This document shows, one piece after another, positions 1 to 8,777 of a stretch of DNA of 60,900 nt. Below the pieces are notes generated by a model. It saw nothing but the letters and a program-made list of their open reading frames with translations. It made no database searches and had not been told where the DNA came from. Made by a program: the position numbers and the translations under genes. This stretch comes from Candidatus Avispirillum sp. (GTDB taxonomy: Bacteria > Bacillota > Clostridia > Oscillospirales > CAG-272). The stretch lies in contig JAZQAS010000130.1 of NCBI GenBank assembly GCA_045545335.1, positions 1 through 60,900 of the forward strand, written 5' to 3'. The number at the start of each line of letters is the position of its first letter. The first letter of the stretch is position 1.

Positions 1-54
1 GAGGATGCGCTCAAGGAGCTCGTCATCGAGCTCTTCTATAAAGAAGCAGAATAA
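1..54 (+). CDS. 3' end of an upstream CDS (partial, product unknown)
   Basis: The frame is open from the window edge (..EDALKELVIELFYKEAE) and ends at TAA 52-54. Codon usage looks host-like. It is too short to name. Confidence 0.35.
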   Translation, partial: EDALKELVIELFYKEAE

Positions 55-59
55 AAAAT

Positions 60-455
60 AAACGGAGACGTTTTGGCGTGATACTCCAAGCGGAGTATCA
101 CGCCAGTTCTATTCGCCTTCGGCGAGTTATATTGCTCCGCAGTGTTATTCGGCTTACGCCGAGTGATATTTGCTTCGCAAGTTTATGGCGAATAGAATAT
201 CACTGAAGCCGTAAGGCTTCAATATCACTTTCGCAAAGCGAACATATCACGCTGACTTTAGTCAGCATATCACTTAACAGACAAAAGAAAGAGAAGACTC
301 GCTGAAAAACGAATCTTCTCTTTTCTGTTGCTCTATGGGTTTGGGCTACTGCCCAACTGAATTTGTGCATACAAATGCGATGCCGGTTCTCAACAAGATT
401 TGAAAGAGTTTTAAAATCTCCGTTAAGGACATCACCCTTTGGCGCGTCTCCGTTT
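60..455 (+). repeat. Composite nested-hairpin intergenic element, copy A (split terminator stem, word-hairpin array and conserved tail)
   Basis: The outer arms are AAACGGAGACG (60-70) and CGTCTCCGTTT (445-455), followed by a T-run. Inside are a hairpin at 75-104, an array at 105-275 (GTGATATT-type words, then AATATCAC words, separated by mini-hairpins), an AGAGAAGAC hairpin at 290-324 and a tail at 325-444. A homologous inverted copy lies at 28411-28843. Confidence 0.8.
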
Positions 456-461
456 GTTTTT

Positions 462-1679
462 TTATTTTTTCTTGATGTTTTTCCAGTAGGTCTCAGCGGC
501 CTTTTCGGTTTTGTTTTCACCGAAAACGTAGTATCTTTTGCCCTTAACGTCATCGGGGAGATACTGCTGATCCACCCAGTGGTCGGGGTAGGAGTGGGGG
601 TATTTGTAGCCCTTGAAGAGGGGGCTCTTCAGATGCTCGGGAACGCTTGCGCCAAGGCCGCTTCTGATATCCTCTGCCGCCGCGTCAAGGGCGCAGTAGG
701 CGGAATTGGATTTAGGCGCCGTTGCAAGCATGACCGCCGCGTTTGCAAGGGGGATGCGTGCCTCGGGGAGGCCGAGCTCCTTTGCGCTCTCAACGCAGGC
801 GCGCACGATAACTGCCGCCATGGGGTAGGCCGCTCCTATATCCTCGCTTGCAATGACCATAAGGCGCCTGCAGGGGGATATAAGGTCTCCGCCCTCAAGA
901 AGCTTCGCAAGATAGAAAACGGCGGCGTCGGGATCGCTTCCGCGAATGGATTTCTGCAGGCAGGAGAGAAGATCGTAGTGAACGTCCCCGTCGCGGTCAA
1001 AGCAGCCGGACATAATGGAGGGCAAAAGCTCGCGGGCAGTATTTTCGGTTATCTCGCCCTCAGCAAGAGATGCGGCGCAGTCAAGAAGAGTAACGGCGCG
1101 GCGAACGTCGCCTGCAGAGCAGCCAGCAACGTATGCGAGGGCATCCTCAGTTATTCCCTCGGGGCAAAGCACCTCTGCGTGGCGGCGAAGGAGTGGCACC
1201 ATTTCCTTTGAGGGAACGGGCTTGAACTCAAAAATGCAGCATCGCGAGAGAAGTGCGTCGTATATATAGTAGTGTGGATTTTCCGTTGTTGATGCGATAA
1301 GTGTGATGCGGCCGTCCTCAAGGTATTCAAGCAGAGATTGCTGCTGCTTTTTGTTGAAATACTGTATCTCGTCAAGATAGAGAAGGATACCGCCCTGACC
1401 GAACATTCCCGCAGTTTCCTGAGCGATCTCCTTGACGTCGGAGAGGGAAGCGGTGGTGGCGTTGAGGCGACGCAGCTCCATGCCGGACTGAGCGGCGATG
1501 ATGGAGGCGCAGGTGGTCTTTCCCGTGCCGGGAGGGCCGAAAAATATCATGCTTGGTATGCGCCCCTTGTCGCAAAGGCGGCGAAGAACGCCGTTCTTTC
1601 CCACAAGGTGAGACTGACCGCATACCTCGTCAAAGGAGCGGGGGCGCAGTCTGTCTGCGGCAGGCTTGTTAGGGGACAT
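462..1679 (-). CDS. rarA: Replication-associated recombination protein A (AAA+ ATPase, RarA/MgsA)
   Basis: 405 aa. It has Walker A GPPGTGKTT, Walker B LYLDEIQ and a MgsA-type C-terminal domain (GGDLISPCRRLMVIASEDIG). An RBS GAGGT lies upstream. Confidence 0.93.
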   Translation of the reverse strand: MSPNKPAADRLRPRSFDEVCGQSHLVGKNGVLRRLCDKGRIPSMIFFGPPGTGKTTCASIIAAQSGMELRRLNATTASLSDVKEIAQETAGMFGQGGILLYLDEIQYFNKKQQQSLLEYLEDGRITLIASTTENPHYYIYDALLSRCCIFEFKPVPSKEMVPLLRRHAEVLCPEGITEDALAYVAGCSAGDVRRAVTLLDCAASLAEGEITENTARELLPSIMSGCFDRDGDVHYDLLSCLQKSIRGSDPDAAVFYLAKLLEGGDLISPCRRLMVIASEDIGAAYPMAAVIVRACVESAKELGLPEARIPLANAAVMLATAPKSNSAYCALDAAAEDIRSGLGASVPEHLKSPLFKGYKYPHSYPDHWVDQQYLPDDVKGKRYYVFGENKTEKAAETYWKNIKKK

Positions 1680-1695
1680 AGTGTTACCTCGTTCG

Positions 1696-1893
1696 TTATA
1701 AAAACAGGGTGCAGCCCTGCTTTTTGAATTGGTCTATCTTCTGGAGGAGGGCCTCCTCGGTAATGCCGAGCCAGCGTGCAAGGCAGGCCGAGCACATAAA
1801 TTCCGTGGCCCCTCTGTTGACCATTTTCTTGTGCAGCGCAACGTCGTAGCTCCCGAAGGGGCCGTTGCATTTAATGCATCGTTTTTCAGACAT
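1696..1893 (-). CDS. Small Cys-rich (zinc-ribbon-like) protein, function unknown
   Basis: 65 aa with the pairs CIKC and CSAC. It has an RBS and sits directly upstream of and co-oriented with rarA. Confidence 0.5.
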   Translation of the reverse strand: MSEKRCIKCNGPFGSYDVALHKKMVNRGATEFMCSACLARWLGITEEALLQKIDQFKKQGCTLFL

Positions 1894-2247
1894 AAGCTCT
1901 CCGAAAAGCAGATAAAAGTATACTATAATTATAAGTCTTAATACGGATTTGTCAATGATAAAATAGGCAAAAAGGATGCGCGGTCAAAGAATACAAAAAG
2001 AGAAAAAGACTAAGGGGAAGGATTTGTCTAAACCTTCAAAATCGTCAGATCTTCAAAGGGTATAAGGGAGAAATATTTGGTGCGCTTTTGTGCAACATCA
2101 ACAAAGTATACCGAAAACCCGATAGTTAGCAACGGCTAACTTTTGTACCATTTGCTGTTTTTTTAATAAAAAAGCAAGGGCCAAAATAACGAAAAGTAAA
2201 AAATGTTGTATTATATAAAAAAATAATGTAAAAATGCGCGAAACCTA

Positions 2248-2276
2248 TGGAAATTTTATGGGGCTTGTGCTATAAT
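2248..2276 (+). promoter_or_regulatory. Putative sigma-A promoter of the hydrogenase operon
   Basis: TGGAAA, 17-nt spacer, extended -10 TGcTATAAT (2268-2276), about 40 nt upstream of hydC. The -35 element is weak. Confidence 0.35.
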
Positions 2277-2316
2277 TAACTTTGAAAAATTATATATGGC
2301 CAGGAGGACATATTTC

Positions 2317-2808
2317 ATGAAAAAAACAATGACATCGGTACCTTTTACCGACACCCCCGAACAGAAGGCGAAGCTTGATGCCATCATCGAAAGCCTTAAG
2401 GAGCAGCCCGGTTGCCTTATGCCCATCATGCAGCAGGCGCAGGACGTATACGGCTACCTTCCCCCCGAAGTGCAGAAGTATATCGCTCTCAAGCTTGAGA
2501 TCCCCGTAAGCGAGGTTTACGGCGTAGCGACCTTCTACTCCCAGTTCCTTCTCAATCCTAAGGGAACACATCCCGTTGCAGTATGCCTCGGAACAGCTTG
2601 CTACGTAAAGGGCAGCGGCGACCTTATGGATAAGCTTGAGTCCATTCTCGGAATCAAGAACGGCGGAATCACCGAAGATAAGAAGTTCAGCCTTGATGCA
2701 ACAAGATGTATCGGCGCTTGCGGTCTTGCACCCGTACTTACCGTTGGTGAGGACGTATACGGCAGACTTACTGTGGACGATATTCCCGGCATCATCGCTA
2801 AGTATTAA
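2317..2808 (+). CDS. hydC: NuoE-like [2Fe-2S] thioredoxin-fold subunit of NADH-dependent [FeFe] hydrogenase (HydC/gamma)
   Basis: The Cys motifs CLGTACYVKG and CIGACGLAP are typical of NuoE. The start was moved to ATG 2317, behind RBS AGGAGGA; the ORF track starts at 2296. Confidence 0.85.
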   Translation: MKKTMTSVPFTDTPEQKAKLDAIIESLKEQPGCLMPIMQQAQDVYGYLPPEVQKYIALKLEIPVSEVYGVATFYSQFLLNPKGTHPVAVCLGTACYVKGSGDLMDKLESILGIKNGGITEDKKFSLDATRCIGACGLAPVLTVGEDVYGRLTVDDIPGIIAKY

Positions 2809-2819
2809 TAGCGGCCTTT

Positions 2820-3182
2820 ATGAAGATCGGAACCATAGCTAATCTTCTTTCTGCAGATATCCTCTGCGGAAAGGACGAGGTAAACTGTGAGGTCCATTCC
2901 GCCTGCGCCAGCGATATGATGAGCGACGTGCTTGCCTTTGTAAAGGACCAGGCCGTTCTGCTCACGGGTCTCGTCAATCCCCAGGTTATCAGAACTGCGG
3001 TGATGATGGATATGCGCTGCGTAGTATTCGTTCGCAGAAAGGTGCCCACCGACGATATGATAGCCCTTGCGGAGGAATCCGGCATCGTGCTCATGAAGTC
3101 AGACCTTCGAATGTTCGAGGCCTGCGGCATACTTTACAGCGAAGGCCTCTGCGGCTCCAAGGAGGGAACTGCAAATGCTTGA
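2820..3182 (+). CDS. DRTGG-domain protein
   Basis: 120 aa. The motif MMSDVLAF..LLTGL and the size match DRTGG-domain proteins that are commonly embedded in clostridial hydrogenase clusters. Confidence 0.65.
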   Translation: MKIGTIANLLSADILCGKDEVNCEVHSACASDMMSDVLAFVKDQAVLLTGLVNPQVIRTAVMMDMRCVVFVRRKVPTDDMIALAEESGIVLMKSDLRMFEACGILYSEGLCGSKEGTANA

Positions 3183-3600
3183 GGATGCAGTCAGATTCAC
3201 CTTCAATGTTGACGGCGATGACTTCTCTTCAGCGGGAGCGGCTTCCGTTCAGGTAAAAAAGCACCTGAGACAGATGGGATTTTCCCCCGAGATAATCCGC
3301 CGCGTTGCAATTGCGATGTATGAAGGCGAGATCAACATGGTCATCCATGCTGACGGAGGAGTAGCCACGGTAGAGGTAACGGATGACAGTATCGTGATGA
3401 TACTGGAGGATAAGGGTCCCGGCATTCCCAACGTAGAGCTTGCGATGCAGGAGGGCTTTTCCACAGCAAAGGAAAATATCCGCTCTCTCGGCTTCGGAGC
3501 AGGAATGGGCTTGCCCAATATGAAAAAATATTCCGATTCCCTGAAAATTGAAACAGAAATAGGCAAGGGCACGACCATTATAATGACGGTCAACGTCTGA
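3175..3600 (+). CDS. GHKL-type ATP-binding protein (RsbW/anti-sigma-kinase-like)
   Basis: 141 aa with G1 box DKGPGIP and G2 box GFGAGMGLPNM. Its start overlaps the preceding gene. Confidence 0.7.
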   Translation: MLEDAVRFTFNVDGDDFSSAGAASVQVKKHLRQMGFSPEIIRRVAIAMYEGEINMVIHADGGVATVEVTDDSIVMILEDKGPGIPNVELAMQEGFSTAKENIRSLGFGAGMGLPNMKKYSDSLKIETEIGKGTTIIMTVNV

Positions 3601-3617
3601 GCCGAAGCAGTTGAGCC

Positions 3618-4940
3618 ATGATAGAGTATAAGCATTCTGTGTCCCTTGACGTGTCAAAGTGTAAGGGGTGCACGCATTGCTTGCAGCGCTGTCCCACGGA
3701 GGCCATCCGAGTACGCGACGGCAAGGCGGCCATCAATTCGCAGAAATGCATTGATTGCGGCGAATGCATAAGGGTCTGCCCCTACAATGCGAAAAAAGCT
3801 ACCCATGATCCACTTGACTGTGTTAAGAATTATAAGTATAAGATAGCGCTTCCCGCGCCTGCCCTCTACGGTCAGTTCGATAATCTTGACGATATCGACT
3901 ACGTTATTCAGGGCCTCCTCGATATCGGCTTTGACGATGTTTTCGAGGTTGCAAAGGCGGCGGAGCTTGTTTCCGGCTATACGAGACAGTATCTGAAAAG
4001 AGAAGGGCTGAAAAAGCCCGTCATCAGCTCGGCCTGCCCCGTAGTCGTAAGGCTCATAAGAATGCGCTTCCCCTTCCTTTGTGAGAACATAATGCCCATC
4101 CTTCCTCCCGTAGAGGTGGCGGGAATGCTGGCAAGAGAAAAGGCGATGAAGGAGCACCCCGAGCTTGGGCGCGAGGATATAGGCTGCATATTCATCTCCC
4201 CCTGTCCCGCAAAGGTAAGCTACGTAAAGAACAGCTTCTCCGGCGAGAAGAGCAATATCGATTGCGTGGTATCCGTTTCCGACGTTTATTTCAAGCTCAT
4301 AGACGCTATGAAGAAAACAAAGGAGCTGACGGCTTCCACCGAGGCGGGCAACGTAGGCGTCAGCTGGGCTATCTCAGGCGGCGAATGCACCGCAGTGTTC
4401 AACGATAAGTATCTCGCGGCAGACGGTATCGAGAACGTTATAAGAGTTCTCGATCAGATAGAGAACTCTGATTTCCCCGAGCTTGAGTTCGTAGAGCTCA
4501 ATGCCTGCAACGGCGGTTGCGTCGGCGGCGTTATGACCGTGGCCAACCCCTATATCGCAAGAGCGAGGATCCAGTCGCTGAGGCGATATCTCCCCGTTTC
4601 TCCCAATCTCCACCCCTCCGAGGGCGACGTGCCCGGGGAGGTGCTCCTTCCGGGATTTGAATATATCCCAACGGCTCCCCTCCATGAGGACCGAAAGGAA
4701 GCGAGAAGGATGATGTCGGAGATACAGGAGCTCAGAAAGGACCTCCCCGATCTCGATTGCGGCTCCTGCGGAGCGCCCTCGTGCGCGGCCTTTGCAGAGG
4801 ATATAGTCAGAGGCGATATCTGCGCTGATGAATGCGTGGTATTTATGCGTCAGGTATTCCATGATTACCTTTCGGCGCATCCCTATGAAAAAGTCATAAA
4901 CGAAACCAACGATAAAGAGAGCGAGAGCGAAAATGAGTGA
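3618..4940 (+). CDS. [FeFe]-hydrogenase-like sensory/regulatory protein (HydS-like; 2x[4Fe-4S] plus H-domain plus C-terminal Cys cluster)
   Basis: Ferredoxin motifs CKGCTHCLQRCP and CIDCGECIRVCP are present. The H-cluster-like motifs are SSACP, SPCPAK and ELNACNGGCVGG. The C-terminal cluster is CGSCGAPSCAAF..CADEC. Confidence 0.75.
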   Translation: MIEYKHSVSLDVSKCKGCTHCLQRCPTEAIRVRDGKAAINSQKCIDCGECIRVCPYNAKKATHDPLDCVKNYKYKIALPAPALYGQFDNLDDIDYVIQGLLDIGFDDVFEVAKAAELVSGYTRQYLKREGLKKPVISSACPVVVRLIRMRFPFLCENIMPILPPVEVAGMLAREKAMKEHPELGREDIGCIFISPCPAKVSYVKNSFSGEKSNIDCVVSVSDVYFKLIDAMKKTKELTASTEAGNVGVSWAISGGECTAVFNDKYLAADGIENVIRVLDQIENSDFPELEFVELNACNGGCVGGVMTVANPYIARARIQSLRRYLPVSPNLHPSEGDVPGEVLLPGFEYIPTAPLHEDRKEARRMMSEIQELRKDLPDLDCGSCGAPSCAAFAEDIVRGDICADECVVFMRQVFHDYLSAHPYEKVINETNDKESESENE

Positions 4941-5271
4941 TCTTCATACCCTTGCGGAAAACCTCGGCCTTACTTGGGTGTGCGGCAGCCTTGATAAAGA
5001 GGTAACGGGCTGCTATGCAGGCGACCTTCTCAGCTGGGTAATGAGCCATGCCGAGTATGGCGACGTTTGGGTGACAATCATGTCAAATATAAACGTCGTA
5101 GCCGTCGCAAGCCTCACCGAATGCGCCTGCGTCATAATGGCGGAGGGCGTCATGCCCGACAGCGAGGTCAAAAAGGTGGCAGAGGAAAAGAATATCACCA
5201 TCTTTTCGGATAAGCGCTCTACTTATGAGCTGTGTTGCCTTGTAGGCGAGCAGATTAAGACCAATGAATAA
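4933..5271 (+). CDS. DRTGG-domain protein (second copy)
   Basis: 112 aa. The motif GDLLSWVM..VVAVASL is paralogous to the protein at 2820-3182, and the start overlaps the preceding gene. Confidence 0.6.
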   Translation: MSDLHTLAENLGLTWVCGSLDKEVTGCYAGDLLSWVMSHAEYGDVWVTIMSNINVVAVASLTECACVIMAEGVMPDSEVKKVAEEKNITIFSDKRSTYELCCLVGEQIKTNE

Positions 5272-5998
5272 ATATTATTACGATCTGCATATCCATTCCT
5301 GCCTCTCCCCCTGCGGAGACGATGATATGACCCCTGCGAATATCGCGGGAATGGCGGCTCTCAAGGGCCTGCAGATCATAGCCCTCACCGACCATAATAC
5401 CACGGCCAATTGCCCCGCCTTCTTCAAGGCGGCAAGAAGGCACGGCATCATACCGATCCCCGGTATGGAGCTGACGGTATCGGAGGATATACATCTTCTG
5501 TGCCTTTTCAGAACACTTGAAGCGGCAATGGCATTCGGAAAAAGGGTAGATGAAAGAAAGATCCCATATGAGAATCGCCCCGAGATATTCGGCCGCCAGC
5601 AGGTGGTGGATGAGGAGGATAACTTCATCAGAGAAGAGAAGTATCTTCTCCTGAATGCGACCACGCTTTCTCTCGATGAGGGAACAGACCTTTGCCGCCA
5701 GTGCGGAGGTGTGTGCTATCCCGCCCATATAGACAGAACGTCAAACGGCGCGGTTGCAATCCTCGGTACCTTCCCCGATTGGGAGGGATATACGGCGTAT
5801 GAGGTGAGTAATTCAGGCTCCCGAAGCGAGGAGGAGGAGAAATTCCCCGTCCTTAAGGGAATGCCCTGCGTGAAAAGCTCGGATGCTCATTATCTTTGGG
5901 ATATTTCAGAGGCTGAAAACTATTTTGAGCTCTCCGACGAGCCCTATTCCTCACAGCTCGTCCGCGATAAGCTCATCGATCTTCTGGAGGGAAAATGA
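5264..5998 (+). CDS. PHP-domain phosphoesterase
   Basis: YYDLHIHSCLSPCGDD and IIALTDHNT are PHP metal-binding motifs. Confidence 0.8.
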   Translation: MNKYYYDLHIHSCLSPCGDDDMTPANIAGMAALKGLQIIALTDHNTTANCPAFFKAARRHGIIPIPGMELTVSEDIHLLCLFRTLEAAMAFGKRVDERKIPYENRPEIFGRQQVVDEEDNFIREEKYLLLNATTLSLDEGTDLCRQCGGVCYPAHIDRTSNGAVAILGTFPDWEGYTAYEVSNSGSRSEEEEKFPVLKGMPCVKSSDAHYLWDISEAENYFELSDEPYSSQLVRDKLIDLLEGK

Positions 5999-6546
5999 CC
6001 GACCTGTCACTTTATATTCTGGATATAACGATGAACTCCGTCCGCGCAGGAGCGAAAAATATTTCGGTAGTGCTTGAAGAGGAGAACAGCGTGCTGACCG
6101 TAAGCATTACGGATAACGGCTGCGGTATGACTGCAGAGCAGGTGGAAAAGCTGTCAAACCCCTTCTTCACAACGAGGACCACCAGAAAGGTAGGCCTCGG
6201 CATACCCTTTCTTCGCCTGCTTGCAGAGCAGACGGGAGGAAAGGTGGAGATAGCTTCAAAAAGCGAAAAGGAGCACGAGGATCACGGCACCGTGGTAAGG
6301 GCCACCTTCCACTCAGACCATATAGACTTCGTTCCCCTCGGAGATCTTGTTGAAACTGTCGTAACTCTTATTCAGGGCAGCCCCGATATCGACTTTGTGT
6401 ACCGGCATACGTCGGATAAGGGAATCGAAGTCGCCATGGATACTGCCGAGATGAGAGCCGTTCTCGGGGAGGATATCCCCCTGAACTCCTTTGAGGTCCT
6501 CGCGTTTATCCGAGGATTTCTCGAGGATCAATATGCTCAAAAATAA
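5995..6546 (+). CDS. GHKL-type ATP-binding protein (histidine-kinase-like ATPase domain only)
   Basis: It has an N-box-like NSVRAGA, G1 DNGCGM and G2 GLGIPFL. No DHp or receiver domain is visible. Confidence 0.7.
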   Translation: MTDLSLYILDITMNSVRAGAKNISVVLEEENSVLTVSITDNGCGMTAEQVEKLSNPFFTTRTTRKVGLGIPFLRLLAEQTGGKVEIASKSEKEHEDHGTVVRATFHSDHIDFVPLGDLVETVVTLIQGSPDIDFVYRHTSDKGIEVAMDTAEMRAVLGEDIPLNSFEVLAFIRGFLEDQYAQK

Positions 6547-6576
6547 AAATTTATATAAACGAAAGGAACAAACATC

Positions 6577-6942
6577 ATGAAAACTTTAGCGGAACTTGCT
6601 GCTATCAGAGAGCAGATGAAGGACAAGGTCGCTATCCGTACAGGCAGCGGCGAAGTTCGTGTAGTTGTCGGTATGGCAACTTGCGGAATCACCGCCGGAG
6701 CAAGACCTGTTCTTAACGCTTTTGTTGAGGAGGTAGCAGCTCAGGGTCTTGCTGATTCTGTAAAGGTAACTCAGACAGGCTGCATCGGCATCTGCCAGTA
6801 CGAGCCCGTAGTAGAGATCTACGAGGACGGCAAGGACAAGGTAACATACGTTAAGATGACTGCAGATAAGGCAAAGGAAGTTGTTGAGAAGCACCTCAAG
6901 GGCGGCGCTCCCGTAGCTGAATACCTTATCGGTAATATTTAA
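6577..6942 (+). CDS. (2Fe-2S) thioredoxin-like ferredoxin
   Basis: 121 aa with GMATCGI and TGCIGICQYEP. It sits immediately upstream of hydB. Confidence 0.8.
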   Translation: MKTLAELAAIREQMKDKVAIRTGSGEVRVVVGMATCGITAGARPVLNAFVEEVAAQGLADSVKVTQTGCIGICQYEPVVEIYEDGKDKVTYVKMTADKAKEVVEKHLKGGAPVAEYLIGNI

Positions 6943-6960
6943 TCCGGAGGAGAAAAAAGT

Positions 6961-8757
6961 ATGGTTCGTTCACACATTCTTGTTTGCGGAGGTACAGGTT
7001 GTACTTCCTCCGGCAGCTTGAAGCTTATTGATTCTCTTAATGCAGAGATCAAGGCTGCCGGCCTTGAAGAAGAGGTCAAGGTAGTTCAGACCGGTTGTTT
7101 CGGTCTTTGCGCTCTCGGTCCCATCATGATCGTATATCCCGACGGCACATTCTACTCCAGAGTAGAGGCTAAGGATATTCCCGAGATCGTTTCCGAGCAT
7201 ATCGTAAAGGGTCGTGTAGTTGAAAGACTCGTTTACAACAAGACAACTGAGGAAGAGGCTGCTGAGGGCAGAACTTCTTCTCTTAACGATACTGCTTTCT
7301 ATAAGAAGCAGATGAGAATCGCTCTCCGTAACTGCGGTGTTATCAACCCCGAAAAGATCGACGAGTATATCGCTCGCGACGGTTACTTCGCACTGGGTAA
7401 GGTTCTCACAGAGATGAGCCGTGAAGAGGTCGTTCAGACGATCCTCGATTCCGGTCCCCGCGGCCGCGGCGGCGCAGGCTTCCCCACAGGTCTTAAGTGG
7501 AAGTTTGCTATGGGAAGCGAAGGCCAGAAGTACGTTTGCTGTAACGGTGACGAGGGTGACCCCGGTGCATTCATGGACCGTTCTATCCTCGAGGGTGACC
7601 CCCACGCAGTTCTTGAGGCAATGGCTATCGCAGGTTACGCTATCGGCGCTGACCAGGGTTATATCTACATCCGTGCAGAGTACCCCATCGCTGTAAACCG
7701 TCTCCAGATCGCTATCAATCAGGCAAGAGAGTACGGCCTTCTCGGCGATAACATCCTCGGCACAGGCTTCAAGTTCGATATCGAGCTCCGTCTCGGTGCG
7801 GGCGCATTCGTATGCGGCGAGGAAACAGCTCTTATGACAAGTATTGAGGGTAAGCGCGGTGAGCCCCGTCCCCGTCCTCCTTTCCCTGCAGTAAAGGGTC
7901 TCTTTGCTAAGCCTACCATCCTTAACAACGTTGAGACTTATGCAAATATCGCTCAGATCATCCTTAACGGCGCTGACTGGTTCAAGTCCATCGGTACTGA
8001 AAAGTCCGCAGGTACAAAGGTATTCGCTCTCGGCGGTAAGATCACAAACACAGGTCTCGTAGAGGTTCCCATGGGAACAACTCTCCGTGAGGTAATCGAG
8101 GAGATCGGTGGCGGTATCCCCAACGGCAAGAAGTTCAAAGCAGCTCAGACAGGTGGCCCCTCCGGCGGATGTCTCCCTGCTTCTCTTATTGATACTCCTA
8201 TCGACTTCGATAACCTTATCGCAGCAGGCTCTATGATGGGCTCCGGCGGTCTTATCGTAATGGATGAAGACACCTGTATGGTTGACCTTGCAAAGTTCTT
8301 CCTTGAGTTCACTGTAGACGAGTCCTGCGGTAAGTGCGCACCCTGCCGTATCGGTACAGTTCGTATGCTCGAGATCCTCAATAAGATCACAGAGGGCAAC
8401 GGCGAGCTCGAAGACCTCGATAAGCTTGAGGAGCTTGCAAACTACATAAAGAGCGCATCTCTCTGCGGTCTCGGTCAGACAGCTCCTAACCCCGTTCTTT
8501 CCACTCTCCGCTTCTTCCGCGATGAGTACGTAGCTCATAACGTTGATAAGAAGTGTCCCGCAGGCGTATGTAAGAGCCTCCTCTGTTACGTTATCGATGC
8601 TGATAAGTGTAAGGGTTGTACACTCTGCTCTCGCGTTTGTCCCGCAAACGCTATCGAGGGTAGCGTAAAGAATCCTCACGTTATTGATACAACTAAGTGT
8701 CTCAAGTGCGGCGCTTGTATCGAGAAGTGTAAGTTCGGCGCAATTTCTAAGCAGTAA
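6961..8757 (+). CDS. hydB: NuoF-like FMN/NAD(H)-binding subunit of [FeFe] hydrogenase (HydB/beta)
   Basis: 598 aa. Motifs are GRGGAGFPTGLKW, CGKCAPCR and a C-terminal 2x[4Fe-4S] domain (CKGCTLCSRVCP, CLKCGACIEKC). Confidence 0.92.
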   Translation: MVRSHILVCGGTGCTSSGSLKLIDSLNAEIKAAGLEEEVKVVQTGCFGLCALGPIMIVYPDGTFYSRVEAKDIPEIVSEHIVKGRVVERLVYNKTTEEEAAEGRTSSLNDTAFYKKQMRIALRNCGVINPEKIDEYIARDGYFALGKVLTEMSREEVVQTILDSGPRGRGGAGFPTGLKWKFAMGSEGQKYVCCNGDEGDPGAFMDRSILEGDPHAVLEAMAIAGYAIGADQGYIYIRAEYPIAVNRLQIAINQAREYGLLGDNILGTGFKFDIELRLGAGAFVCGEETALMTSIEGKRGEPRPRPPFPAVKGLFAKPTILNNVETYANIAQIILNGADWFKSIGTEKSAGTKVFALGGKITNTGLVEVPMGTTLREVIEEIGGGIPNGKKFKAAQTGGPSGGCLPASLIDTPIDFDNLIAAGSMMGSGGLIVMDEDTCMVDLAKFFLEFTVDESCGKCAPCRIGTVRMLEILNKITEGNGELEDLDKLEELANYIKSASLCGLGQTAPNPVLSTLRFFRDEYVAHNVDKKCPAGVCKSLLCYVIDADKCKGCTLCSRVCPANAIEGSVKNPHVIDTTKCLKCGACIEKCKFGAISKQ

Positions 8758-8777
8758 GGAAAGGAGCAAGTATTATA

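Noticed and set aside
200-553. ORFs in the supplied track fall inside repeat elements: 200-553(-), 28290-28505(-), 55885-56211(-), 56030-56221(+), 24238-24423(+).
   Set aside because: Their 'proteins' are just translations of the repeated words (for example the recurring MIAFG and IIVT motifs). They have no RBS and overlap structured repeats or the ends of real genes.
6970-8769. A very long antisense ORF (599 aa) lies opposite hydB. Similar long shadow ORFs are at 363-1211, 8676-9461, 9687-10544, 17608-18372, 18755-19741, 21682-22713, 23211-23846, 36299-37102, 39963-40535, 41697-43211, 43804-44886, 45050-45619, 52462-53100 and 53552-54592.
   Set aside because: Each lies exactly opposite a CDS with strong family motifs and has skewed, low-complexity composition (rich in L, C, V, A, D and E). 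Each also lacks an RBS. Such stop-free antisense frames are expected in GC-rich coding DNA with biased third positions.
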